A stretch of 64,000 nucleotides of DNA from Rhizophagus irregularis (Eukaryota): the NCBI RefSeq assembly GCF_026210795.1, contig NC_089432.1:3100001-3164000 (forward strand), given 5' to 3'. The notes under the pieces were generated by a model. It saw only the letters and a program-made list of their open reading frames with translations. It ran no database searches and was not told where the DNA came from. Both the position numbers and the translations under genes were made by a program. Below are positions 1 to 13,230 of the stretch, one piece after another. The first letter of the stretch is position 1. Every line of letters begins with the position of its first letter.

Positions 1-170
1 TTTTCTACCAAATGGGAATGACTTACCGTTACAATTACACAAATTCTTTTTTTGGAATTTGTTTCATATCAATGGCGCCAATTTCTATAAATAGATTTTT
101 TTTTCTTTTTTTAACTTTTTTAATGAAAAATTGACTTTCGCGGTTATAACATTACTGTAATAATTAATCA

Positions 171-2453
171 ATGTCTAATAACACTGAACATAAGGTTATT
201 GCTAATTCAAATGAGTGGATTAATTGGATTGAAGAATCTATCGCAAAAGGATACACTAAATATTATGACTATAAACATTTTAATAATATTCAAGAAATTG
301 GTTTTGGATGTTTTGGAAAAGTTTATCGTGCAAATTGGAAAAATTCACACGATTTTTTAGCATTGAAATCTTTTATTAATTTCAACATTGCTGCCAAAGA
401 AATTGTTAATGAAGTAATTATACTGTAACATAAAAAATATTTAATATGCTTGTACAATACGTTTCTAATTTATAATAATATTTTGATTTAGCTTAAGCTA
501 CAACGTGACGTTGATTTTCATGAGAATATCATTCGCTTTTATGGCATTTCCACAGGTATTATAAATATTTTAATAACTTATAATTTTTTATAAAAATGAA
601 AAAAAAATCTAAAATATTTGTTATCCTTCAAAAGAAAACCAAAGTGATAATTCAGGAAAATATTTTCTGGTTATGGAATATGTCGATAGTGGTACCCTTC
701 GAAATTATTTAAGTGAACACTCTGAAAACCTTATTTGGAATGATAAATTGAATTTGGCACTTCAGTTAGCTAATGCTATATCATGGTTACATGATAAAGA
801 AATCATGCATCATGATTTGGTAAGTTATTTGCTTATTTGCATTTAATTAAATTATACTATAAGATTATATACCCACAATATACTCATTAATTTTATTTAT
901 CTAATGTCGCGTTCGCGATAAAAAAAAATTTATTTATTGCGTTTAATAATAGCATTCCAATAATATATTAGTTCAAAAGAAAGCCATTAAATTAGCTGAC
1001 TTTGGATTGTCAAAAAGGATTAAAAAATTAATTAACTTTCAATCAAATTTATTTGAAATAGTCGCTTACATTGATCCAAGAATTTTTAATATTAAAGGGG
1101 ATATCAACAACCAAAATCAAGTATATTCATTAAATAAAAAAAGTGACATATACAGTATTGGCATACTTTTTTGGGAATTGTCTAGTGGAAGACCACCTTT
1201 TTGTAATAAATCATACAATATTGATTTAGCCATGGAAATATTACAAGGTCTTAGAGAGAACCCCATTCCTAATACACCCGAAGGCTATGTAAAAATTTAC
1301 ACTGGTATGTATAATTAAATTTTAATAATGATATATAATTATTAATTAATTAAGTTTATCATTTTTTTATTCAGAATGTTGGAATAATGACCCAGATAAA
1401 CGTCCAACTGCCAATCAAATTATTATTAAATTAAATGAAATTATTTCAGATTTTCAGCAAAATAATTTTGGGGATATCCAATTATCAAGTATTACAATAT
1501 CTGAAAATAATAATAATTTATTGCATGAAAAAATGTCCCAAATTATTCAAAATTTTAGTAAGATAAATATAAAAGAAAAAGAGCCTTCAATTTCGTCAAG
1601 TCTAATTATAGATAACTTTAGCATGGTGGTTAATGAATTAACTATCCTTCTTGAAAATATAGAAACAAATAGAGGAAAATATGAAATTATTAATTATCTT
1701 AAAAATCATAATATAACTTCACAAGAATTTTACAATTGGTTATTAAATAATCAGGATAATTCGGATTCTATTGTTTTACTTGGAGTTCTTAATCATTTTG
1801 GAATTGTAATTTGTGTAGATGAACAAAAGGCATTTGGATTATATCTAAATGCAGCAATTTTAGGAAATGTTTATGGAATAATTTGTTTAGGGTACTGTTA
1901 TGGTGAAGGAATTGGAACCAGTATTAATAAACAGAAGGCATTTGAATTATTTCAAGAAGCAGCAAATTTAGGAAATTCACGAGGAATATATAATTTAGGG
2001 TATTGTTACTTAAATGGAATTGGAATAAGCGTTGATAAACAAATGGCATTTGAGTCATGTCAAAAAGTAGCAAGTAAGGGATTTGCACTTGGAATGGCTG
2101 GTTTAGGCTATTGTTACGAAAAAGGATTTGGAACCAGTGTTGATGGGAAAAAGGCATTTGAACTATATCAAAAGGCAGCAAATTTAGGAAATGTACTTGG
2201 AATTTGTAATTTAGGGTGTTGTTATTTAAATGGACTTGGGACAAGTGTTGATAACCAAAAGGCATTTGAAATATTTCAAAATGCTGCAGATATGGGAGAT
2301 AATTCAGCTCAATATAACCTCGCTTATATGTATGAAAATGGAAAAGGGATTGAAAAAGATATTGACCAAGCAATTTATTGGTATAAAAAATCTGCTGAAC
2401 AGGGAGATCAAGATGCTCAAGACAAAATAAATGAGTTAATAAATAATTATTAA
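171..2453 (+). CDS. Tyrosine-kinase-like protein kinase with C-terminal Sel1-like repeats (copy 1); exons ~171-413, 492-555, 635-819, 953-1304, 1375-2453
   Basis: GFGCFGKVY, ALKS, VNE, LVMEY, HHDL|HSNNILV, LADFGLSK, KSDIYSIG, CWNNDPDKRP joined by GT-AG introns; six Sel1 repeats (LGYCYxxGxG...KAFELY..AA..G). Confidence 0.92.
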
Positions 2454-4165
2454 AGATTGTTACAATTATTTATGTATAAATTTAATTAATAAAACATACA
2501 GCGTTATTCAGTATTTGCCAGTCCACCACTCAAAAAGTTACGTTAAAAATAATATACAGTATTTGTGTAATGGGATCTACCATTAAATATTGTACAACTG
2601 ATAATTTTTTTAGTGGTTATTATTATCGTGCGGGGATTTAATTTTTAGAGGAAATCTTTTTCTTAGGTTAGGATCGTTCGGTACCTTTTTAGGTTGAATA
2701 TTTTAGGTCTGAAATAAAGGCTTCGGGTTGAGAAATTCTGGTAGTATGTAAATTAGTTTTAAATTTTTTAATTTTTTAGGTAAATCTAACATTTGATCAG
2801 ATATTGATCATTTCCCCAACTCGTTCTTGTTCGCAACATATCCATATTTGACGTTAATTACCTGATTAGTCCGAAGTGTAACGAATGAATACGACAATAG
2901 TAACTTTAATATAATAAATTTTTTCATCTGTATTGATTTAAATTGCGAAAAAAGTAAAATTGTGCCGTAATTGGTAAATTGGTAATCAGACGGCAATATT
3001 TTTTTTTTTTTTTTTTTTTTGATTTGACACCGATTGGAAGCTTTCAGATAAAATGGTTGTACTGTGACAAATCAGTAAGTGATATTTTGTTTGATTTTTT
3101 ATTTTATCTTTTTTTGATAACTAATTATACTATTTAACTCTCTGAGTACGTCTGATGGTTGGATGAAGTAATAGCATGGGTTTAATTTATGTTTAGGCGT
3201 AATTTATTTCCTAATAAATTTACTGCTCTCAGTGAGTATTTTTTAATTAAACTATTCTAATTTCAAGGTTCTATTAGGATTGAGAATATAAAATGACCAG
3301 ATTGTATTCTGCTACGATGGTTCGTAATTTGCAACACAGCTTATTAAATATGTCAACAACATAATCTGCAAGTTCTACTAATCTGCAATTTCGAAAAAAA
3401 ATTTGTTATATGATGAAGTAGTAGAACTTTAATTCTACAGCCACAACTTAGAATATAAATTTAATCATATAACCACTTGCTTTTTATTATTATATTTATA
3501 TTTTACTTATCAAATTTTTTCTTTAAAAAATTTTTAAACATACAACTATTAATAAGTCATTTTATTATAAACATTTATTTGAAAAATCGGTAGGAATATA
3601 ATTGATATTTAACTTTAATCATGTTATTTCAAATATTTTTTGGTAATAATCAAGAAATAAAGAACCAAAATTTGTGATTTCAAATTAATATATTGTTCTA
3701 GCAATTTTCTGACAACAAATATCAAGGGAATATCCATTAAAAGAATTTTAATGTCAAATTTAAAGTATTTTTCAGATTACTTATAATAAGATAAAGTTAT
3801 AAAAAACTAAATTCTTTTTCAAAGATTAGTTTTCTGGAATGGATATTAGAATATATTAACTAAAAATATATTGAAGTTTAATTCGCCACTGTACATTGTA
3901 TTGGAATACAAAAACCAAATTATGTAATGCAAACAAAGTAATTTTATTTAAAATATAAATTAAATTTAAAATAAGTGTTAATTCAATTGCATTTATTAGT
4001 GGCGACTAAGTTGCCACACATCAACCTAACTAATCAGATATAATATCCATGAAACTCCATATTATTTCGATATAACAGATAATAGCTAAATTATACATTA
4101 TCATAATATACATAGACTACAATCTTTTACAAAGAATACCATAAATTAAATGTTAACATTATGAC

Positions 4166-5668
4166 TTACAAGTCATTAATACAATAATTATCTAAATCTA
4201 CATGACGTAAATATTCAAAACTTCTGATTACTCCATCACCTTTATATTTATTGATCAGTTTTGTATAATCCTCTCTCATATATATACGATCAACAGTAAA
4301 TATAGAAAGCGCACGTCTAATTCTCCATTTCTCTAAGAATTCTTCCCAGTTTCCTAAAGAAAATCGGAATCCATTACCAAATCTAATTTCTTTTAAATTA
4401 ATTGGTCCTGAATTAATTAATACTTTTAATAATTCTTCCCCATTTTTTAAAAAATTTTCATGAGTTTCGTTATCTACAGTATTTGATAAAACTATTAATA
4501 ATGATTTTAAATTTTGACAAATTTTTAACAATTTTTCAAACTCAGTGAAATGCCTCTTTAATGGTGGAAATACAATTGATAAATGCTCAATAGAAGGACA
4601 ATTTTCATAGACTTTGCAAATAAAATTGAGAGAATTCTCATTAAAGTCAAAGTCATCAAATCCAAGATCAACAATTTCATAGGGTCTTAATAAAATTTTT
4701 TTGAGGTATCTCCCACTATTTTCAATTATATTAGAAATTACATTTAATTGATTAAAATTTATATTAACCACCTCAAGTTCATGGTAAACCATTATTCTCA
4801 ATTGCTCTAATTGTTCTTCAGTAAAAAAAAGAAAGTCATCAATTACCAATATTTTTAGTTTATAGAATTTTGGAAGTATCTCTTGAAGTAATGTGCCATT
4901 CATATATTGGAAATATATTTTTAAACGATTAAGGCTATCTGCCTTTTTTTCTAGCGCAAGAAAAATCTTCTCATAAGGATCTTCTGTAAGAAAATCATCA
5001 TAATGATCATCCTTCCATTCAAAATGCTTTAAATTCTTTTGAACTTCAATTAACTTAGCAATTCCATGATTAGGTTTTGGGCTCATATTAACAATGATGA
5101 GTCTCTGTATATATTGACAGTATTGCGATAACCCATAAAAATATGAAGAATCAATAGATGTATCACATTCTAATTCACAAAGTGATTCAAGACGAACCTT
5201 AGCTTCCGGAAAATAAAATATTTGGTGTTTAATTGTCCTCATATCAAAATACTTCAATTCTGGACATTTTTTCATAAGGAGATTATAAAATTTTTGTTGT
5301 ATAAAAAATTGGTTATAAGCTAAAGATGTTCCAATAGAAATTATAATATTTATAGTGTCTATATTGATACTTCTACAGTAAGAAAAATAATCAAATAAGA
5401 GTGATTGGTTTAAACCCGAAGGTAATTGAATTTTTTGATTTGTTACGAACTCTTTGATATCATCAAATAAATAGCAAGAAATAATGATGAATAATGAGAT
5501 TTTATTACTATAATTAATACCCTTGTAGCACCAAGGATTCCTCCATAAAATTGGAATCACGGTTTCACACCAAAGTCTATTTATCATTAGACACGGAAAG
5601 AGAGATTTTGAATCTTCTTGTAATTCTTCAAATATTAAGTAAAGAATATCTTTATTGAGTTCGGACAT
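4166..5668 (-). CDS. F-box domain / LRR-like protein, single exon, 500 aa
   Basis: N-terminal F-box-like MSELNKDILYLIFEEL..SLFPCLMINRLWCETVIPILWRNPW, followed by leucine-rich LxxLxI repeats; uninterrupted ORF. Confidence 0.85.
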   Translation of the reverse strand: MSELNKDILYLIFEELQEDSKSLFPCLMINRLWCETVIPILWRNPWCYKGINYSNKISLFIIISCYLFDDIKEFVTNQKIQLPSGLNQSLLFDYFSYCRSINIDTINIIISIGTSLAYNQFFIQQKFYNLLMKKCPELKYFDMRTIKHQIFYFPEAKVRLESLCELECDTSIDSSYFYGLSQYCQYIQRLIIVNMSPKPNHGIAKLIEVQKNLKHFEWKDDHYDDFLTEDPYEKIFLALEKKADSLNRLKIYFQYMNGTLLQEILPKFYKLKILVIDDFLFFTEEQLEQLRIMVYHELEVVNINFNQLNVISNIIENSGRYLKKILLRPYEIVDLGFDDFDFNENSLNFICKVYENCPSIEHLSIVFPPLKRHFTEFEKLLKICQNLKSLLIVLSNTVDNETHENFLKNGEELLKVLINSGPINLKEIRFGNGFRFSLGNWEEFLEKWRIRRALSIFTVDRIYMREDYTKLINKYKGDGVIRSFEYLRHVDLDNYCINDL

Positions 5669-8600
5669 TCTATGTTCAAAAGAAAAAATGAAAATGGCTT
5701 AAAAAAATTTTTTTGTTTTTACACCATGAAACTTCTAAAGGTATTTTCAAAAAATATATTTTCAAAGTATGAAACATTCGAAACAAAAGAAATATACGAA
5801 AGCTATTTATAGAATAATCCAACTCCAATCAATTTGCCTAAATTGGATTATTCTGTGCGACCATTAACTTTTGATCAGCAATGTTTCACAAATCACAATA
5901 GCAAAAATAAATAAACAAATACTACGCAAATATGATGTCATTTATGTTATAAAAACTTCAGCAGCATTATTAATTTATACAACCGTGTACACATTTGCGA
6001 ATACTCATAATTCAGTCCAACGATATTATTTAATAAAACAGGCATTTTTATTATAATGAATTAATAATTATTTTATCATACTATTTTCTCAATGCTTTAA
6101 TTACTTATATCCACAATGTGAAAATTTAGTGATAAGCACAGAAATTTACTATGCCAACAAGACAGCAAATATCAAGAATATATTTGATTAGCAATATTAG
6201 GATATTCTTTAAACTAACCTATTCCTTTATTAATACTTGTTCAATTGATGATATTTAATGTAGAAGTCAAGTTATTTGTTATAAATTTTATTATTGTTCC
6301 TTGGATTCCTGTTTTGCCTGCATGAAGTGATAAATGGGACTAATCGTCGAAATTCTCTTCCATTTTATACACTTTGTAATGATATAGATTGCGTGATCTT
6401 GGAATAGGTTTGACATATGTATATTACGGGAAAGTACAAGAAATAATGTTAACAGATAATTGACGAATAAATCAAAGAAATATCTTTCCACGGTGATCTA
6501 AGGTTCCTCATCGGAATCATGTAGTAATTGTATGCCCTACATTTCTTACTTTATTCGTAATTTCAAAATTCAGTTATTCACCTTATATTTTTCTTACTGT
6601 ATTTTCAACAGAAATATGCATCGATCTAAAAAAGTCTGTGCTATTATTTATCTTCTGAGATTTTACATTGAGAGAAAGAGTGACTAAACTCGTGATGAAT
6701 TACCACAAATTTTTGTTCTTTTTAGAGGTATTTTGTTTCGCTGTATTATTATTATGATAGTAAAAGCAATAAGACATGTTTATTTCATTCAATCACTGAT
6801 TTATTTTATTTATTTTATGTTATTTACTTTATTAAAAGAAAGTGGAATAATAATATAGGCACATATAAGAGATAAAACTAGACCATTAATGTATCAAGCG
6901 ATATCTTAATTGTTATTAAACGCTCATACTAAAAAATATGATCCCCCTTTCGTAAAAAAAAGAAGCTGTCGATAAAAATGCGATAGTATAAAAGTGTGGG
7001 TGGTTAAAAGTCAAAGGAAAAGAAACAGAAGAGTAACAAGAGACGTCAAAATTCAAGTGTTAAATCTATGGCCTATTTGAAGAAAGTTAGGAGCTGGTTC
7101 ACTAAATTGAATTTCAAATATCATTGAAAATATCCACACTAAGCTGTATACAAAATTTGTTAATGCGACATCACAAAGTTATGTGAAATTTAAAATATGT
7201 GTAGAAAATTTGCTATTTTGGCCCATTAAAAAGTGAAAGTTTTGATAGTTTTTTTAGCAACTATAGATAGCATGTCGCTATAATTAAAATTTATTGATTT
7301 CGTTTGCTCAAAATAGGAAGAGGGTTTCCAAAGGATGAAATGATTAACAAACAGACTGAACAAATCATATGACGCTTCATTACCACTTAATTGGAATTAT
7401 TTATTGTTTCAACAAGACTACATGAAATAGATTTCAATAGGTGAAAATTGTTGCTATTGCATAATTATTACTAAATTACATGATATAACGACTAGTGGGA
7501 TAGTTAACTATTGCAGGTATGCTATAGGATATATAAGTTAGAATTCTTTAATGAAAATAAGAATCATTATTTTCCATTCTTCTCTTAAAATACTAGTAAT
7601 TATTAACTAAAATACAATACAAGACTAGTAAATAGATTTACATATAAGTAATTCTATATAATTATTTTGGCTATACCTATTATTGTACGAATATTTTAAT
7701 TGTTTTCTTTTTTTGTAAATTATCATGTATGTATGTATGATTTTGGTGGGATTTTGAGCTTTGATAGAATATTTTTTTATTTTATGGTAATTGCTTTTCT
7801 TATTATAATATTAAAGAAGTAATAAAGTAATTTCATGACTTTTATGGTTAAGAATTTATGATTAGTACAATAATTTTTGAATTTGTGATTGTTTTAATAA
7901 GAAAAATACTTATTAAATATAAATTAGCTTTAAATTTTGTTGTTCTCTCTCTTTTTTCCTTCCCTTTTACTTTTCTCATCTAAATATGATCATGTTATAT
8001 TTTCAAGTATGTCAGAATAATAATTTTTTTATGACTAGAAGTTTTGACTTGAAAGTATAACTGAATAAAACTATATTATGTAGAGTGACAAGTTGAACTG
8101 ATAATTGCAATAAAACATCTGAAAGAAGGCTTTCAACTAATATATGAAAATGATCACAACTTTTAAATGATAATACAAAATCTTTATAAATATCAAATTG
8201 TATTTATACATGTAATTTAATATACAATAATGAATAGTCATAAATTCATACCAGTTTATAGAAATTATTTTATTATTATTACAATATCTTCAACTAATTT
8301 ATAATGAATTTTAATGACCAAATCTTCAAACAATTAGACATATTGTGATTTGTGATCATCATATCGTTAATACTTGAACTCTTTCATTTTTCGTTATTCA
8401 ATTACATTTAATACTCCTTCATAAATTATCCTTTCGTTATTTTACTCATCTCAATTTTTTTTTCAAATAATCTCTTTATTGAATGCCCGTCCTCATGTAG
8501 ATATAAATCATACAACTCAATCGCTCAAGTTTGTATTTATATTAAAAGATGTTCCTGAAGCCTTGAGCTTCCAACTGTTTGAGTTCTTTCACTTTATCCA

Positions 8601-10048
8601 CGTGGAAAAAAAAATTCTTCGCTTCGCAATTTTAAAATGTGAATCAAATTTACGATTATGTAAAATAATATTTGATTTTTTAAACAACAAATCTACATAA
8701 ATACATGAAATTCATGTTGGGTTATACGAACGTGATGGTCCTGAAATTGATTTTGATTGTAAAAGACCATTTTTAAAAAATTCTATACACACATATTTTA
8801 GTGAATTTAATTCAGTTATTTAATTTTAATAATGATTTTAATAATGTTATTAATGTAAATATAATTATTAATATTAAATAAATTAAGTAATATCATAATA
8901 ATATATTCATATTCAGTATGGTAAACCAGTATGGACTGTATTGGTATACCGTACACAACATAGTTGATATTTTTATATGACGTAATAATTTTGTATTAGT
9001 CCTCAACATTTTTACAAAATTTTTGGCTAATCTATGATTTTAGTCATCCAATCAGATTATGTATGATTGGCAGAATAAATAATAAATTATGTATGTTTTT
9101 ATTTTATAACGATTATAACGAAAAAAATTTTTAACTAAAATTACTAGTCTATAACATTATAGACATCGATATAACAGTAAATTACACAATTAAAATAAAA
9201 AAATCACGTGATTAGTTTTTCATTTCATTGACAGATATCCGCATGGTTCACGTTAATCGGTTAATTGAAATTTTTAGTGTAACCGATCAAAAATCAATTG
9301 TTGCTTGACGATGTGATCTGTGTGCTTAGTCGACACAATCTTATTTTCTGTGTAACTACGAATATATAATATCCAGTTATTAAATATATGTATTCTTAGT
9401 TTGTAATTCTTTTTATTTGTAACTTATCAGAACTTATCCAATTATTATAAACTAAGAAACGTAAATTATGAGTCTTATGTAGGTAAAGTGATGAATTGCG
9501 TAGAATAATTGACAATTCTAGTCGGGAAATTCTGAACATTTTGATTAAGATTAATATTGTTTAGTCAGATGATACCAATATCAAATTTGATAATTTAATA
9601 AAATACGTATATTACAGTGATACATATACATTAAATAAAGAAAACAGTAAATATATGTAATACTGTACATGTATTGTATTTAATTTTTTCAAGTATTATA
9701 AACTTAATAATATTTTTATTTTAATAAAACATATATGAATATTCTACGTTAAAAATTTTATATTGAAAGAAATTTTGTAACGTTTACTTATATTTTAACT
9801 ATATATAAAAAACATATTTAAAGAAGTAATTTTTAGCATAATTTTTCTTATTAAACAATTTAATCTTAATAATAAATTAATAATAAATTAATAATTATAT
9901 ATCTTTTAAAATCTTTTTGATAATAAAGAGAACTATTATATATATCATTATCTAGTATTAAAAAAAAAATATTGAGCATTGACTGCATAATAGAAAAATA
10001 ATATATAATAATTTTAATGAGAAAAGACGAATCAATTTTATTTGTTCG

Positions 10049-10080
10049 TTAGGGTTAGGGTTAGGGTTAAGGTTAGGTTA
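10049..10080 (+). repeat. Short interstitial telomere-like tract (TTAGGG)x3 plus degenerate TTAAGG/TTAGG
   Basis: ttagggttagggttagggttaaggttaggtta read directly. Confidence 0.6.
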
Positions 10081-10269
10081 AATTAATTTCATTTAAATAT
10101 CATTTTTAATAATGAAAATTTTATATTTGCGTAAAATTATTTAGAAATGTTTTTTTTTTTGTTATTAAAATATTAAAATTTCAGAACTAGAAAAAAAAAT
10201 TATAATAATAAATTGTATAAATTATTATTAATTTTTTTCTTTTGAAATGAGTATATTAAAAATAATTCA

Positions 10270-10400
10270 TTTATTCCTCCAAAAAATTAATTTGTCGTGA
10301 AGGACGTAACCTAAAACCCATTGCTGAAAAAACTGATTTGAATATATCAAACATAAAATCCAATAACGAAATGAGGAGATTATCACGTGTATGATATGCA
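10270..10400 (+). pseudogene. KH-domain gene relic
   Basis: aaattaatttgtcgtgaaggacgtaacctaaaacccattgctgaaaaaact translates to KLICREGRNLKPIAEKTD, matching the neighbouring KH genes; no start codon or full ORF. Confidence 0.65.
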
Positions 10401-10683
10401 TGAGTTTTGGTAACAAAGACAAAAAATTCATCCGATGATCTAGAAACCAGTGTCCGATCATCCCTATTTTTTATGGTTTTTGTTAATAAAATTTATATTT
10501 AATAAAAAATTTGCTTTTGTTTGTAAACTCCTTTTATTCGTTAAAAAGGAAATTTTGGCGTTAGCTTCAAAATTATAAATAATCCCCCTTGGCGTTCATA
10601 TTGTTCAAACCAAAAAATATTTTTTCCTAAAAATAATAATAATAATAATAAACAATAAATCATTTCACATATTCTTTTCAAAG

Positions 10684-11195
10684 ATGGAAAACCAAAGCTC
10701 CTTTAAGGTTTATACCGCTATTGAAATTACCAACCCTGTTGATGTTGGTAAATTAATTGGTCATAAAGGATGTAACCTAAAACCCATTGCTACAAGAACT
10801 GGTACAAACATTCACGTGGACAAAAAAGAAAATGAAGAGCTAGTAATAATTAAAATTCAAGTTAAAGTAGAAAATGATTCATCTGACAAGAGGATCAAGG
10901 AAGCAATTTATCAAATGATGCAATCAAAAAAAGAAGAAAAGAAAGTTAGATTTTCGGATGACGATAATCATCAACACGTACCACCAAGAACACCACCAAG
11001 AAATCAGAGAGATTTTGATTCGAAGGAAAGAAGAAATAATTTTAATCAAGAAACCTCTTATGCAACAAATTCACGACAAGTAAGATATTTTAACAATATA
11101 TAAATTTGTTAATATTTTTTTTTATTTGATAATTAAAATATTTTTTTGTCATTTTTCCGATTAATATTTAGCCACGAAACAGATATTACGATTAA
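10684..11195 (+). CDS. Small single-KH-domain RNA-binding protein; exon 1 10684-11079, probable short exon 2 11172-11195 (unspliced ORF ends 11103)
   Basis: VGKLIGHKGCNLKPIATRTGTNIHV is a type-I KH core with GxxG loop; basic, low-complexity C-terminus; caa|gtaaga...tttag|cca. Confidence 0.75.
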
Positions 11196-11701
11196 ATACA
11201 AATTATCATTTATATAAATATACAATATATATATATTTTTTAGTCATTTATTCATTTATTTAATTTTATTATTAATTATATATATCCGTTTATTTTTTAT
11301 CAATTATATATTATATATATATATATATTTTTTAAATTATAAATTTTTTTTTTATAATATATGTATAATTTATCCAATTATAAAAAAATTAGATTAGTTA
11401 TAGAATTAGGGCTGCCTTTAACAAATATTTTCGTTTAACATACTCCTTTGTTTTTTTACATGTAATAACAATAAGTAATAAATGTCTAGTAATTGTTGAC
11501 GATCTCATGACGTAAGATTGAACTCATGATATACTTCAGTACTTACCACATGGTTAATATATTGTGCCGAAAGGCTTTCGAGGTCATGAGGTGTTACACG
11601 CATTTTTTTTTGTTTACGAATATGGAAATTAATTTCCTAATAAAAAAAATTTAAAAACCATTCTTTCTCTCACTTACTCTCTTCATTAAAAAAAAATAAA
11701 A

Positions 11702-11952
11702 ATGCAAAACTCCAAATATACAAGAACTTTAACTATTCCAATTCCTCAAAATATTTTAATTGGTAAATTAATTGGTCGTAATATAAAACCCATTGCAGAA
11801 AGAACTGGTACACACATCCACGTTGATACAAATAAAATTCCAGCACAAATTAAAATTTATGTAACAATAAAAAAGAAATTCCTCCATTTAAAAATAGAAT
11901 TAATGATGCAAGTAGTCAATTAAATGATTTGATAAGCAAAATTTCTAAATAA
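11702..11952 (+). pseudogene. KH-domain paralogue with GxxG-loop deletion and frameshift
   Basis: IPIPQNILIGKLIGRNIKPIAERTGTHIHV is 3 residues shorter at the loop than the 10684 copy; a KH-like closing helix NRINDASSQLNDLI lies in another frame after ~11860. Confidence 0.65.
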
Positions 11953-12599
11953 GAAAATAAAAAAGTTGATAAAATTAACAAGAAAAAAGGAAAGAAAAAA
12001 AAATAAAACGAAAATAAGGTTCCGAAAGTTACAGATATTGCGGTGGTTAATGATAATTTACTAGAAAAATTTTCAAAATTTTCAAAAAATATCAAAAGAA
12101 AATGTTATAAAAATAATAAGCCTGAACATCATATGCAAAGTCCCGATGGAATGTGTTGGTATGGGTTGATTGTAGAAAAAAATTTTGTCAACTTAAACAT
12201 CCATCTATTCGTCAATATTATAATCGTCATTTAATAATATAAAAGAAATTTTAAAAAAGAATCTAGACTTTTCATGAATAATTAGAATTAAGAAGAAATT
12301 TTCAAGATAAAATAATGGTAAGTTACATATTATATATTGACTTACGGTATATTAGTTGTATTACGTATATATAATGATAATAATTACTTAATTTCTTTTC
12401 ATATAGATTCGTAATATGGAGTAAAGAAATCATAGAGATCATAATGAATATAATAGTAGAATAACAGCAGAAATATGTTCTAGTGAAATTTTGCGTCAAA
12501 CGCGTAGGTCTTTAATGAGAATTAATATGACCCATCGTGATTTACATATAGCATCTATAAATTAAAAGGGATGGTTAGCTTTTGCTAAGTACTCAAAAA

Positions 12600-13165
12600 T
12601 TTCATCCTGCTATCTGGTAGGTGACGTGAGGCAGTATCCCTCTAAAGTATCAAGTAACATAACGAAGTAGTTCGGATCTTCTTCCTATATATTAGTGTCG
12701 ATATTTTCACCGTCCGTTCCTGAAAACTGCACAATAAAAGGTATAGCTACAAGTATCTGTTTGAAAGAACTTACAAAAACACAGCTTTAGGTTATTGTGT
12801 CCTTTCACTGACATCTCTCCTGGACACACAAAGATTTATTATCATCCAGAAATTCTGAAAACAGAGAAGGACGTTCACAGTAAAACTGTGGCCACGAAGT
12901 GCTTCCAGTTCTCTGAATCCAAAAGTCCTCAATGAGAACAAATTATTGCATGAGAGAAGTTGAGGAAGGCACATAACTATTCCTGATTGTGGAATAGTAG
13001 ACCTCAACACTGAGAAGATCTGATCCGTATCTCTCAGCCAGGTCCGTCAGTTAACAGAGTTATCATAGATAGACCTGCCAGACTCACAAGGTTGCCGTAA
13101 CTTCCTTGATCATTGCATCCACTTGTTCACCTTCACCAGAAACAAGGGAAATGGTTTAACATACC
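12600..13165 (-). pseudogene. Degenerate coding relic of unknown family
   Basis: GC-richer stretch reading DLLSVEVYYSTIRNSYVPSSTSLMQ*FVLIEDFWIQRTGSTSWPQFYCERPSLFSEFLDD with scattered stops. Confidence 0.35.
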
Positions 13166-13230
13166 TTTAATATTGAAATTTGAAACCCAAGTATTGATTT
13201 CGCAAATGCACCTCAAGCCCTTAATTTTCA

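Noticed and set aside
1924..2373. 149-aa antisense ORF with repeats
   Set aside because: Shadow of the Sel1 repeats on the opposite strand
8310..8825. Possible gene around ORF 8479-8700
   Set aside because: No consistent frame, splice model or recognisable motif
11500..11600. Possible ncRNA (TACTTACC, GCC-GAAA-GGC hairpin, CTCATGAC/GTCATGAG stem)
   Set aside because: No continuation matching U1, SECIS or riboswitch consensus; stems too short to support a call
12560..13170. Kolobok-like TTAA|AGG...CCT|TTAA ends
   Set aside because: The two ends match over only a few bases; not a convincing TIR
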